Shown here: piece by piece, positions 26,651-39,500 of the stretch | Layout: each line of letters opens with the position of its first letter | Position numbering within the stretch: position 1 is the stretch's first letter | Assembly (NCBI GenBank): GCA_037447605.1 | Contig: CM074807.1 | Span: forward strand, 1,984,001 to 2,048,000 | Direction of reading: 5' to 3' | From: Zygnema circumcarinatum SAG 698-1b | Lineage: Eukaryota > Plantae > Zygnematophyceae | DNA: 64,000 nucleotides | Notes under the pieces: generated by a model | What the model saw: the letters and a program-made list of their open reading frames with translations, nothing else | Database searches by the model: none | Told to the model about the DNA's origin: nothing | Made by a program: the position numbers and the translations under genes

Positions 26651-29600
26651 ATGGCGCAGAACCTTGTGTTTGTTGTGCCCGTAGCCGCGCTTGTCGGCCT
26701 GGTGGTCTGGGTCAAGCGGAGGGGGCGGTCAGGGAAACCGAAATTTGGAGCCTTTATTGAGGAGTTTGAGATTGAGCCGCCTGCAGCGCCGCCGCCTCCT
26801 GCAGCTCCTCCTCCCTTGACGGGCCTCACTTTTGCTGTCAAAGACATGTACGTTCTGGCATCATTCTCTGCATTCCCTCTTTGACCTCGCATTCTTACCG
26901 AGGCAGTCTGACTGGTGCGAGGCGGGATGATGAACTTCTTCAGTTCATAACCTCCTTCGCTGCGGTGGCCGGATGACAGTTGTTGGTCTGAGGCGGGTAA
27001 TGAAGCCAGCATGTGAAGCTGGGTTTTTGGGTTTTTTACCTCCTGTGCACGAAATACACGCCTTTAATTAAATCATTTAGAATTCAGAAACCCTACGGTA
27101 GAACTGGAAAATGTTTGTACGGTTCGCACTTCCGTGGAGCTATTGTCAATAACAAGTGCATTGTGGAGCAATCGGATCTTGCACCTCTGTCGTGCTGTTG
27201 CATTTTGGCGTAGTTGCTATTGCCCCCCCGAATCCTTTACTGCGGGCTAGTGTTACTGTTTGGTTCTGGTTCACCGCTGGGTGTGAACTATTTCTTCGCA
27301 TGAATAGGCTTTTATAGAATAAACATTAACGTAATCTTGTCCTTCTCATCCCTTGCAAATGTTGCATAATAATCTCTCCCTTTTATTCCCGCTACTGTGA
27401 GAGCTTTTGGTGAGCCCCAGTTAATCGTTTTGCTAAAACTTTGACTCGCAGAATTGACATAGAAGGTAGGGTGACTGGTTTTGGCACCCCGGACTGGAGG
27501 AGAACTCATAAGGCGGCGTTTCAAACAGCACCAGTCGTAGAGGAATTGATAAGGGCTGGAGCTAAATGCGTTGGAAAAACGCACATGGACGAGATGGCTT
27601 ACAGGTAGCGGTCCTACTGTATGTGCATTTCCGATCGTGGGAAGGTCTTGCATGGACATTTCTTGCAATTATAATGCAGGGAGGGACCTCACTTTGAAGT
27701 ACAGTGGAAGTTGTTCCAAAGCAATTGTTGTTGGTCATTTAGGTTTTGACGGTCGTAGGTCACGGTTGGAGTTCCATTTTTTTTTTCTTGAGCTTCATTT
27801 TTTGGTCACAGAAAAGGAGTCGCGGCTCCACAATCTGTGTACTTGTTCCTACCCTAAACGCGTATTCTGTTTTATGCAGCATAACCGGCGAAAATAAGCC
27901 GTACGGCACTCCCATAAACCCTGCAGCTCCTCAGCATGTGCCTGGCGGGTCTTCGAGCGGCTCCGCCGTGGCAGTTGCCGGAGCTCTGGTTGACTTCTCT
28001 ATAGGTGAGTTGTTTTTTCTGAAGTCACTTCGAATAGGTACGACCTAGCTATATCCACACCGTTAGTCCCAGCCTTGCGGTGCTCATTACCAAATAAATC
28101 CGCACTGTTTATGAAACAGTTGGGGCATGCATTGTTGCTCCTTTGATTAAAGTAACCATTACCTCCTTTTCTTTAAGTGTTGTCAACCTTTCTTCAGACT
28201 GGTTGGCATGATATTCTCTGTCCTTCCTTTCGCAGATCCTTCACTATTAAGCTAATAGCCTTTGCATGAATGGGAGACAGGAACGGACACTGGAGGCAGT
28301 ATCAGAGTCCCGGCCGCCTTCTGCGGCATTCTGGGGTTCAGACCTTCGCACGCGGCCGTGTCTGCCCAAGGAGTCATCCCCATGGCTCCCAGCTTTGACA
28401 CAGTCGGTGCGTGCTCTCTCTCCCTCTCTCTCTTGCTCCCCATCCATCATCTATTTAAGAAAAACTTGAAGGCTGATGTGATCCTCGCAGTTAGTCATTC
28501 GCTTCGCTTCGCTTCGCTTCTTTCAAGTGAAGTATGGCACTGCGCTGCTCTGCTCTGCTCTGCTCTGCTCACTGAGCCATGCGGGGCGGCAGGGTGCTTC
28601 GCCAGCGATGTTGACGTGCTGCGCAGGGTGGGCCACGTCATGCTGCAGCAGCCGTACGCGCCCCCCCGGGCAGTCAGGACAATCATAGTCGCGGACGACT
28701 TGTTTGACCTCTCCACTGCGCCCAAAAAGCCCGTCATATCCGCGCTTATCAACAGCGTGGAGAGGTTGATGGGGACTGGAAGTGAGCACGCTCAACCTTG
28801 CCTTCTCTGCAATGAATGGTTTTGGTAGAATGTTTGGGGTGTACGAGCAAAGGCAATGTCGAATGGGAAAGCAGAGAGTTGTCATATGTACCTTATGTTG
28901 TCCCAGCAGTGCGCCCGGCCGACTCGCTGCTTGTATGAGTGCTCTCAAGAGGAGGCCCTCCTGCGTGTCTGTGCGAGGCAGAGGAGGGTCTGACTCGTAG
29001 GGATGAGGGCTGCCCGCAGGACTGATTCAGCGGCTGAAGGTGGGGGAGTATCTGGCAACGCAGCTGCCCTCTTTGGAACATTTTCTGCCGGAGCAGGAGG
29101 GCAGCAAGGGCAGGGATACCGGCAAGGAGGCGCTGATTGCCATACGGGATGCCATGCGAGTGCTGCAAGGGTGAGCCTCTTTTGCCTCGCTTCGCGTGGA
29201 TGTTCATCTACTTGAATTGGAAAGGATGGGATACTGCTACAGGGAGTCTCACCCTCCCTGGTATTCAGTGGATTTTGAGACTTCAGCTAGTCAAAGGGCT
29301 ACAAAAAACATGAACAGGAAAGGGCAGTACTAATTCATCGCTTACACCATGCGGTCCTGCTGATTACTTGACTAAACGTTTCTTTATGCTTATCACTGGC
29401 GAGGTGAACACGATGGTTTTCGCCTTTTTTGGTGGAATGGAGACAATCTTGTCGGACGTGTTTTCAGTTCCTCAAATAAAAGCACATGGATGCATGTTTC
29501 TTTTGTGTTGATCTGCAGGTATGGCTTGTGAGAGTAGAATAATATTGTAGTCAGGAAAGGATTGTTCATGTAGCAAGAAAATGCCAACAGCAATCTCTCA

Positions 29601-31870
29601 CCCTTAAGCGAAATGAAATTGACCCAAGCAAGAGAAGTNNNNNNNNNNNNNNNNNNNNNNNNNNNNNNNNNNNNNNNNNNNNNNNNNNNNNNNNNNNNNN
29701 NNNNNNNNNNNNNNNNNNNNNNNNNNNNNNNNNNNNNNTGTGTACTTCGTTCGGTTACGTGTATTGCTCTTCTGTCGATTCAGTCATTGTATTCTGCAGT
29801 GACTCAGTAGTCATTAGTTCTTAAAATTGCAAGACTCGTTAGGGAAATTTTGTTTTGCAGGTCATGATGCACGAATGACAGTGGATGGCAGATGCGTCAA
29901 ACTGACCTTGCTGTGCAGTTCTAGCCCAAGTGCTCACTTGACTTATGCTTCACATGCTCATGCGCATTCTCTCATTTTTCGACATCTGAGGTTTGGTCAT
30001 TGCCTTTGCGGGGTATCAGCTATCCTGAAGCTTACAAGGTCGAATGTCTCGGCCCTTCGGGGCCCGCATCCTAAACCACTAGGTGCCCAACTCTCTCGGC
30101 CATCCGGCAGGAGAGAAACGATTGTTTCTTCAATTGCGATCTGGACGATGCCGCCCTCACCCGCCTGCTGCTGATAGTGCCCCCTTTGTCTCCCTCTCCC
30201 TCTCCCTCTCCCTCTCCCTCTCCCTCTCCCTCCCGCAGGTGAGCATGCCGGCCGGCACTGCGGACGGTTCGCCCTCGGGAGTCCCCCTCGCGCTCTCCTT
30301 CTTGGCCCGCCACGGGGCGGACTGCTTCCTGCTGCAGGCGGCGGAGTACTTCGCTCCGGAGGTCGCCGCGGAGGCCCTCGCCATGGCGGAGGCGGCGCAC
30401 TCGGAGCCCTCCTCAACGCAGCCGAGTCCGGCGGAGCTGGCCAAGGAAAGGGTATGTATGTCACTACTGTACGGAAATACGGAGTAGGAACCGTCGTTGA
30501 ACAGTGGCAGCCGTCGCAATAAGAGCCGTTTCCAAATATTCCAGCTTGATGTTCATATTCTTGCTTGCTGTCTGCAGGGCAATGCGGCGTATTCGGCCAA
30601 AAAGTACGAGGCAGCGTTGACGCACTACTCGGAGGCGATCCGACTGAACGGCGACTCGGCGGTCTTCTATAACAACCGAGCGCTCACACATTTGCAGCTC
30701 TGCAAGTAGGGGCTTGCCTCGCCTTAACACGGAATGGCACCTCTGAAGCTTGAATCGCCATTCTGCAAGTTTTGCTTTTGTTTTTGGATTATCGGCTTGA
30801 TGGTATTCACCTTCGAATTTCAGTGCGAATTAGCATCCGAACTGAACCGGGCTCCAGAAGCGGATTTAGAATTGTCATCACAACCAATAGTATGCGTGTC
30901 TTCTGTTCGTTGCCTCCATGCATCAACGGTCTGCTGAATTTGAGATTCAGATTTGATGACAGTTGACCTGCAGCCTTCCACGCTGAACCTGACCTTGCCT
31001 TGTCCCATGATGGGGGGCGAGGAAGCAGCTTCCAAGAGGCGGAGGCAGACGGCTCTTCTGCTTTGGAACGGGACAAACGGGTGAGCAGCGTCTCCCAATC
31101 CCTGCAGATTGGCAGCCCTGTAACGTGTCCTGAGGGCCTAATCCAGAACAGGGCGGAAGCATGAGACTTTGTCTTCATGGACAAGTCTGCAGCAGAGACG
31201 CTAATGACTATGCTCCTTGATTGGCTGGTTGCGGGTACCGAACTTGAGGTCACACACTCGCACAAATAGATGTTTTTCTGGTTTTGTTGTATTTCTTTCA
31301 ATCTTAAGTAAGAGTTGTGTGTCAACTGGGATATCTGTACTTTGCCGATGCTTGAACCGTGCCTTTTGGTCATTATGATCTTTGTGCTTGCTTGGTGTAT
31401 GTAAGTCGATGAGGTGGATGTGTGGGTCTGAGTGACTGCACCCGTTTCCTCTTTCCAGAATGTAAAGGCCATGCTTCGACGGGGCACTGCTCGTGAGTTT
31501 ATGGGCTACTATGCAACTGCATTGCAAGGTGCGTTGTCCGATAAAGCTGAGTGGTCCATAGTATATCAAATTGCCCCGGGGTGGTGAGGATGGCTGTGTA
31601 GCCGAAAGAAATGCTGCTCAGTTCTGATCGAAATGTCTATCTTTATAAAGACTTGCCAGTTGAAAATGTTCGTTTCTTTTCCGACTGTACCATTCAGGGT
31701 ATCCTGAAGCAAGTGAATGCATACCTTTGCATGTTGCAGCTCTCTGTTGACCCTGCTGCTGCTGCTGCTGCTGCTGTGGCACAGATTTTGAGCAGGCTCT
31801 GGTGTATGAGCCGAACAACAGGTCGGCACTTGACGCGGTGAAGCGCATCCGCAACTCCGGATTGCTTTAG
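26651..31870 (+). CDS. TOC64/OM64-like outer-envelope protein (N-terminal TM anchor, amidase domain, 3 TPRs); middle exons probably lost in the gap
   Basis: [83 protein letters not shown]; TPRs [49 protein letters not shown]. Confidence 0.9.
29639..29738. other. Assembly gap (100 N)
   Basis: Run of N read directly. Confidence 1.
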
Positions 31871-33580
31871 GGCACAGCAGAGACGAGGTCGACACGTAGG
31901 CAGGCCTGCACATGCGGGCGGGCACTCGGAAGGGGGCGCAGTAGAGCGCCTACTTTGACGCGACTCTCTCTTGTAGCGCAGGTCAGAGAGGCGAGCGGCT
32001 GTAAGCCGACCTGTGAGAGGGGGGTGTGCCGATGCCCTTTAGAGAGGGGAGGCGCCCCAATGCGTTCAGATGTTGAGAGCACTTCCGGTGGAACTCAAAC
32101 CTAATCTTTTCTTTCGTTTCTTTTCCTTTGTCTCGGGGCGCGGCTGTTTGGTGGCTCTGTGGAGCATTCGACCTCTGGGTGGAGGGAATGACGAGCGAGG
32201 CGCAAGTAGGGCCGTAGTCATATGCGGCGCTGTTCCGTTTTTGCTGATGTACTCTTATACACGTGGTAGGGGTGGAGTTTGGACAGACCTGTGATCGGAC
32301 ATCAGGGTTATGTAACAGATGAACGTTCTATGTCAAAGCTGAAAGTGAAAGCTGCTAAGCTGGCGGGCAGACATGTGGTAGTCTGTGCCGTTCAGTTTCA
32401 ATTTACAATAAATGCGCAGGTAGAACCAATGGAGTTGCAAACAATAGGGGCTGTCAGACAACAAAATTTAACGAAAAACTGCTTTTTAAAATTGCGAAAA
32501 AAAAAATCGGCCGGCACTGATAATGACTGCTTTGCCGAACCTTAAGTTTAGGTTTGGGATTTTGGACTAACCGAGTGAAAAACGCAAGTCAAGGTTACTG
32601 AAAACGCCCTTCGGATCTTGCTAACAACGGCATTTTTCGCAACCAATGAGGTTCCTATAAAGGGTTACGAACAGCCGAATGACGAAAAATGGCGTCAGTG
32701 TCACGTCACGCCTGCCCGCTATAGCCTGAGAGAGGGCGCCTGCCTACGACCATCCCTGCGAAGCTGAGGACGGACGCTCACGTACTACCGTTGCTGCAGG
32801 TACGCCAACATCCATTCAACCATCCATGGTGGCACTACAAGCTAAAAAATTTGTGCGTTGGAGCTCACCTTTCATGTAGCAGGGTGACTACATGGTGCGG
32901 AGAGGGAGGGAAAGAAAAAGGACCTTGTGGACGTTGATCCCAACATTCACCAAACACTCATACATAGAAAGGCAATAGCTGGTAAACAAAAAAATGTAAC
33001 ATTTCAATGGCAGCATTTGTTACCGCCCTGCCCTGCCCTTTTCTCCCTCCCCCCTCCCCCCTCCCCCCTCCCCCCTCTCCCTCACCCCCTCAATAACGAC
33101 CCTGCAAGTGTGAAGCAGCTCGCCTTCCTTTAATGGAATCGATCAATGTTCACAATGGAGCAGAGGGCCCAATTCATAGAACAGAGCTGAGGAGGGCCAG
33201 GAACGGCAGAGCATAGTCTGCATACACAGTCAGGAAGATAGTGGCCAGCTTTATTTATTCCTGCAAACAGGCCCTATTCCAAACAGGCTTATAATAAAAA
33301 GGACTCCGCATATAGCAATGGGTACAGTGTTATCCTACAGCCGAATGTAAGAAAACGAGCTAAACTCAATAAATGATCAATAACTTATTCAGCTTTAGTC
33401 CGCAGCTTCAGGCAATCGAATACCCCAACCTAGGAACAGCGAGCTTGAATTCCTGAAGTAGATTCTAATCCACTGCAGGAAGTCCGCTCTACCTTGTAAA
33501 GTATCAAATAGCATCAAAAAATATCAAATTGTAAACACAGATGATAACACTCGATAACAATGGCGAATCCGCCGGTATCT

Positions 33581-36500
33581 TTATTCAGGTTCCTTCTCAG
33601 CCGGAGCTGCCTCTATCAACACTTCCAAATGAACCTGCATCCAGCAAAGAAACGTTCACATGCAGACTCAGCTTCAGTGAGAAAGCCCTCCACTAGAGGA
33701 ATCGGAAGTGAAACAAACACACATTGCACTATATTATGGTAAAGAGTTGATATCAACGCAAGCCCATTGAATAGATGGTCAACTTGCAGTGCAAGGAGGA
33801 GAAGAAGTATGAGAAGAAGATGAAGAGGGGAGGTGCCGACAGGAGTTCCTTAAAGAGAGGGCGGCCTGCAGCCTTACCCCGCGGAATTTGGCATTCACAA
33901 GGCGCGGCACGCCGTGCTTGCAGTCCGCGACCCACATCTCTTGCAGGTCAAAGCTGGTGTTCGCGAATATGAGCTCAGCCTTATGGTTTGCCTGCTCCCC
34001 CCCTCCCGCCCCGACAGGTGGGCGCGTTAGTGGTGCAGAGGCCCACTCTCCACGGAGCTCTAAGTACTAAAATATAGAACTGTTCTATACATGCAGTGCC
34101 ACTGCATTTGGGTGACGAGGCTAATCCCTCGAACACTCGAATCTGACACAACTGAACTTCAGTCAGGCTGTACATCGTTGGTTCGCTATTTGCTACTTTC
34201 ACTGAATGATCGCAAAGTGGGACTGAGGTGAACAAACGGACTGCGCCACAATTCTCGCGCCATAGCCAAGCGAAATCCTTGCATTGCCCATTCTGTCATC
34301 GAACACCCCAAAATATCGTCCTAATTTTTTTTATTAAGAAGGCTAATTTTGTAAAGCCCTTGGTACTCGTCCACTGGAGAACACCTCAAGCCTGTGCTTT
34401 ACAGGGCTGTCCGCAGATGCGTTGGATCAACCTTGAGGGAGTTTCAACATTTTTCATTTGACCCTCAGTCAAACAAGTCTGCGCGTCTGGGAGTCCAACC
34501 CTAATGATGAACTGTGAACATAGTCACGCTGAGAGACTCTTCATCCTCAGCATGTCTACAAACGGTGAACAAAACGGACAACGGATGTCTCCATCACATC
34601 TCTCAGATTCAGACCAGATCTCAGATTCTCCAGCCGACCAACCCTAACTGCACCGCTGCAAAGTTTCACAGATTTTAGGGTGACCCCATACATCGCCAGT
34701 TCTGCACTCCAGCCCTGTCCCTCGGGGTTCCATGCGTCACGTGGTCAATGCGTTCCTCTTACAGTGTCCCTACTGCCCAGTTCCGTGCATGCGCGACGGA
34801 ACTGGGCCCGCATGGAACCGCGGCGTTTCGCGTCCCCCCGCGGCCACGTGCCGACGCTGCGCGCGTTACTCCTCGGCCGGGGCCACATGGCGCCGGGCGA
34901 GGGCCGCCACGTGGCGCGGGCTGGCAGCCGCCGCCAGGTCAGCGCGCGTCTCCAATTGGAGCAGCTTAAATGATTTGCCCGCAAGCGGACACGGCCGGAA
35001 ATGCGCCATAATGGCGGGACACGCGGCAGCCGCAGGGCCGAGCGGCCGGGTCCCGCCGCCCTCGAAAGGAGCCGACGACACGCGGCAGGCCGCCGCGCAA
35101 GTGAAGACACCCGTACGGCTGCCAGCTGGCAGCTCGCCGCGCCACTAGCCCAGCGCCGCTCGCGCCGGCCCACGCGGAGAGCCAAAAGCCACCTAATAAA
35201 AGAAGCCGTACGGGTACGGTTGTACGGACGTCTAAAACCGCGTGGTGATCTTTCTCCGAATTGTGCCAGTTGGCAGATCTCCGCTGCGAGCGGAAATATC
35301 CCAGTTGGAATCAGGTGTACGGAAATTGGTCGGCACGGCGGCAAGTTTGTCGCGCTCGCCCGCCCTATACGCTAAGGACAAGCCCGCCGCCCGCCGCGCC
35401 CTCCAACCCCTAGCGGGTGAGGGAGCGCTTGAAATCGTTGTTGTACAAAAGATGACGTCATCTGATTAGTGACGTCAGGTTCCAGCCGCGCAGATAGCGC
35501 AACCGCCGCCGCGTCGGCGCCACGTGCCGTGACGGAGGCCGCCGACAAGCGGTCGGGCCGTACCGTGCGGACGTACGGTCACAACTGTGGGTCCCACCCA
35601 CCCACCGCCCCGGGCCGAACGGCCGTACCTGCAGCAGCCTGCCGCCCGCTGCCACCGCCGCGAACCCGAACTTATCCTGCGCACGCATGGCATGGCATGG
35701 GATGGGATGGCATGGGATGGGTCAGCGGCACGGATACACATCGCAGTACATGGTCCCCTAAACAAGTTGCTGAACTAAACCCAATCCAACAACAAACAAA
35801 CAAACAAACAAGCGTATTGCCTAAGGACCTGGTTCCTGACGGGGAAAGTTACGAAAAGAACAACTCCGAACGGCGTGGTTCCTAAAGCAAACGATACACA
35901 ACCAGGGGTAGTTTACTAACTGAATCATGACAGACCTGTGTGATTGAGAGTCAGATAATGCTACAAAACCCCAACCGATGTCCAATCGTGTGCGTTTAAC
36001 CAGTGCTGATTTAGGTCATAGTCTCCCCGCTCTCTCTCTCTCGCTCTCCCTCCCACGGGGCGCAAAGGGGTGCAGTACCTGGTCGCGCACGAACTTGAAC
36101 TTGGCGATGTCCTCCGCGGGGTGCGCGTCGCAGCTGTGCCCGAGCGTCCAGGGCCGCCCGGGGCCCCCCTGCTCCGCGACAAAGTAGCCGCGCGTGGCGA
36201 GCGGGCGGAGGTTGACAACGCGGCCCTCCCGCAGGCAGTGCAGCTCCCCCGGCGAGAACGGGAAGGTCCCGTCCAGGAGGCCCTTCACGGCCGCGCGCGC
36301 GCTCACCTTGGGCCGCCCCATGCCCAGCACGCCCGAGATGATGCCGCTCAGGGACTTCGCGCGCCGGAACCCCTTGGAGGGCTTCCGCAGGGCCTCCACC
36401 TGCTGCCGCCCGGGGCTGCCCAGGGGGACGTGCCCGTTGCTCATGCTCGTGCTCAGGCCGTACGGGGTCTGGGGGCCGCTTCTGAAGGGGCTCCCCGCGG

Positions 36501-39500
36501 ACAAGTGGCTCGACGAGGAGGGCCGCGCAACAGAGTCTGACTGCGACTGCCGCTTCATTAAGCTGTGCGAGTCCGGAGAGGTGCCCTGACTGTGAGGGAG
36601 CCGGAGGCCCCACGGCCAGCTCTGCATACTCCGCTCTGTTCTCTCTCCTCCTTCCTCTCCCTCTCCCTTTCCCTGCGACCCTGCCACAAGGCCCCCCCCC
36701 CCCCTACCACCCATCCTCCGAGTCTCAAAACTAGAGCCTGAACTAGACGTGCTAAAGATACGGTCGGGATCTGCGGGCGGCCGCCCTCCGCTGGGCACGC
36801 GGGCCTCCCCATCCCCCCCATCATCTCTGCCCCCGCCCTGAACGGACCCCCCCGCGGAGGGCTGCGCAGCCGCTTTGCCCGAGCTCAGGACACCTGCCGC
36901 TGAGGGAGACCGGGGACTGCCGGGCTCGTCTTGTACGGCGTAACTGAAGAAGCTTGCATCATCATCATCATCGTCATCATCGCCGGAGATAGAGCCGTCA
37001 GAGAGAGAAGCGTCCCCTTCCAGGTGCTTCAAACCTCTGCCCAGAGCGACGGTCTCCCAAAACTTGTCCCGCAAAGTCTCGCCGCTCAGCTCCTCCTCCG
37101 AGCCCTTCACTCCGACATCCGTGGTCACAGTTCTGGAGGCCATCATCCTCGTGTGAATCTCCATGTCCGACTCCATTTCGATGGCTGTCTTCACGTTGTT
37201 CCCCACTCCCATCGGCTGTATTAACGGAGCGGAGTATGCCCAAGCTTTAGCGTTGCCTGGTAGCTGAATCCCCCCCTGCTCTGCTGTTCCAGCGGCCAAG
37301 TGCCCACTTGCAGTCATACCATTTGGAGGCTCCTTCTTAATGACGCTCTTCTGTGCCAATATGGAGGTCACGTCAAAGCCCTCAATAGTCTCCCTGGCAA
37401 AATCCAACCCTACTGAAGCAAAGCGCACCAACGGTTTCACGGGCCCTTGTCCCCTTGGGCCCTGCAAGCCCCACCCTGCCATAGAGAGGCTCCCAGACCT
37501 GCTCCCCCTCGTCAGCCCCGGGGGCTGCTTTGCCTCCGTTGCCTCTTCCGGGGGGGCACCCCTCACCTGCTGCCCACTCGCCTGCCCCAACACTTTCTCA
37601 AAGAAGATTGCGTCGATTGTCGTAGGGGCTGCTTCAGGGAGGCCTCCACCGTCTGTGAGAGAGGAACTGGCGAGCTTCTCCGCTGCTTCCCAAGGAGGGG
37701 CCTGCAGTCCCTCCTCCCCTGGCAGGGCCAGGTCCTCTCCCTCCCCCAGCAGAGGGTCCTGCAGAGGGAGCATGGGGGGGGATGCGGGAGGGCGGGCCTC
37801 CAGCAAGTGGTTTCTGGCGGCCTGCACTGCGCAGCTGCGCACCTCCGCCCAGCCCTCCTCGCTCTGCGCAGCGCTGCGGGGCAGCAGCAGCACGTGGGCC
37901 TGCTCGCGCACCTGAAAGTGAGCGCACGCACGGGGGGAATCTATCAAGGCAGGTGGAAGACGGCAGAAGGAGAAAGACGACGAGGGGGGAGACAAAGAAG
38001 AAGATAGCTGTTGGCTACACACATGGGTTGATAAAGTCTAAGGATAACACATATCAGATGATATAGTCAAAGGATAGCACATCCCAGGAAAAGTGAAGCT
38101 TGGTCTCTTGTACATTCTTGCAGACGTTGGACTCGACTCTTCGACTTCCTCTATGTCGGTGCTTCCTGGCAGTTGAGCCTCCAATGCATGTCATGTGAGA
38201 CCCTAAGACTCACCTCGGCAAATCTGAACCCTGAATATTCCATGCATGTTCACAAGAAAGTAAATCAGTCTTCTCTGAGGTATTAGTCCAAATAAAGTGG
38301 CCATTCGAATCCCATAAGCTTCAGAGTCACGAGCTTTCCTCCACGGAAAGCTCCTCCTCCAGCTTTCCTGACATCTTTCAGCATAAGTATGCAAAGCTTT
38401 CGTGCTCTAGCAGCGTCCACAAATGCTAACTTTCCAATAGTTTGATATCGAAAACACTACTCCCTGGTCTGGCATTCACTGTATCATGTGACATTCTCTG
38501 AAATGCCTTTGACCGACCTGCCGGAGCTCATACATGCCTTCGTTCGTGCCTTGGCAGCCTTGATCACACGTGTGAATACATTATTTGTGACTCACCTTGT
38601 CCCCTTCATTTATACAAAAGCCCTATACAGCGCGACTCCTTATGTCCATTTCAGTCATGGCACCCATCCTCTGGGAATAGGATAGAATCTTCTGCTATGA
38701 AATAACTCTGCGATACCTTCTCATGTTCCACAGTTCCAAAAACTGATATATCCCCAGTCCAACATGAACCACTTATTTCCCACCCTCCCCCACATATCAT
38801 CTCTGAATTTGGCTAGAAAATACCTTCAAGGAAAGACAGCTGGGATCTCGAGACATCTTCCGCAGTAGCACACAGCCCAGAATTCGCTAGTGAAATAGTC
38901 TCATGTTTATTATAAGAAATATCTCAGGCACTCCCCTATCCAGTGCCGGGGACAAAGCACCAGGCATCCATGCGTGCATGCTCCTGAGCGGGAGCATGCA
39001 TGGGTCATCCCAAGCCATTCCACCCATCACCAGTGCCTGCATGGCAGTTGCCTCAACAACTCACCCAAGCTTCCATCCAATGGGGGCTCTCCGCTCCATC
39101 CAGCGCACAACCACCCAGCTCACCCGAGGAAAGGGCAAATTTGACCGCGCAATCCTCAATAAGGTGACAACTTGATACGTTCACCAGCAGCATACCTGCA
39201 TTCTCGTCCAGAGTCATCAAAGTAAACGCAAGCATCAGCTACTTTGACGCTAAAAAGTGCAACCACTTCCCATAACGTAAAAGCTTTAGTTCCAAACAAG
39301 TTGCTCAAGAGGAATGGTCTTTCCTTCACCACAATTTCTAAGGAAAAAGCATTGGCAAGGGCGAACTGCAAACCTCGCTTGATGTGGCCGAGCGAAACTT
39401 CATTGATGATGTGCATTGTGTCGGAGGTGAGGCTGCAGTGCAGTGAGGTGACGTCACTTGCTCCCAAAAGGTCTTCTAGCGAGTTCATTTTATGCACCCA

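Noticed and set aside
32720-32975. Further AN coding exons at 32.7-33.0 kb
   Set aside because: An in-phase terminal exon with stop (33634-33581) already supplies the expected C-terminal motif.
34498-34650. Telomerase RNA gene call from AACCCTAA(C)
   Set aside because: The motif is common as a telobox and I cannot identify USE/TATA or conserved TR elements; kept only as a weak note.
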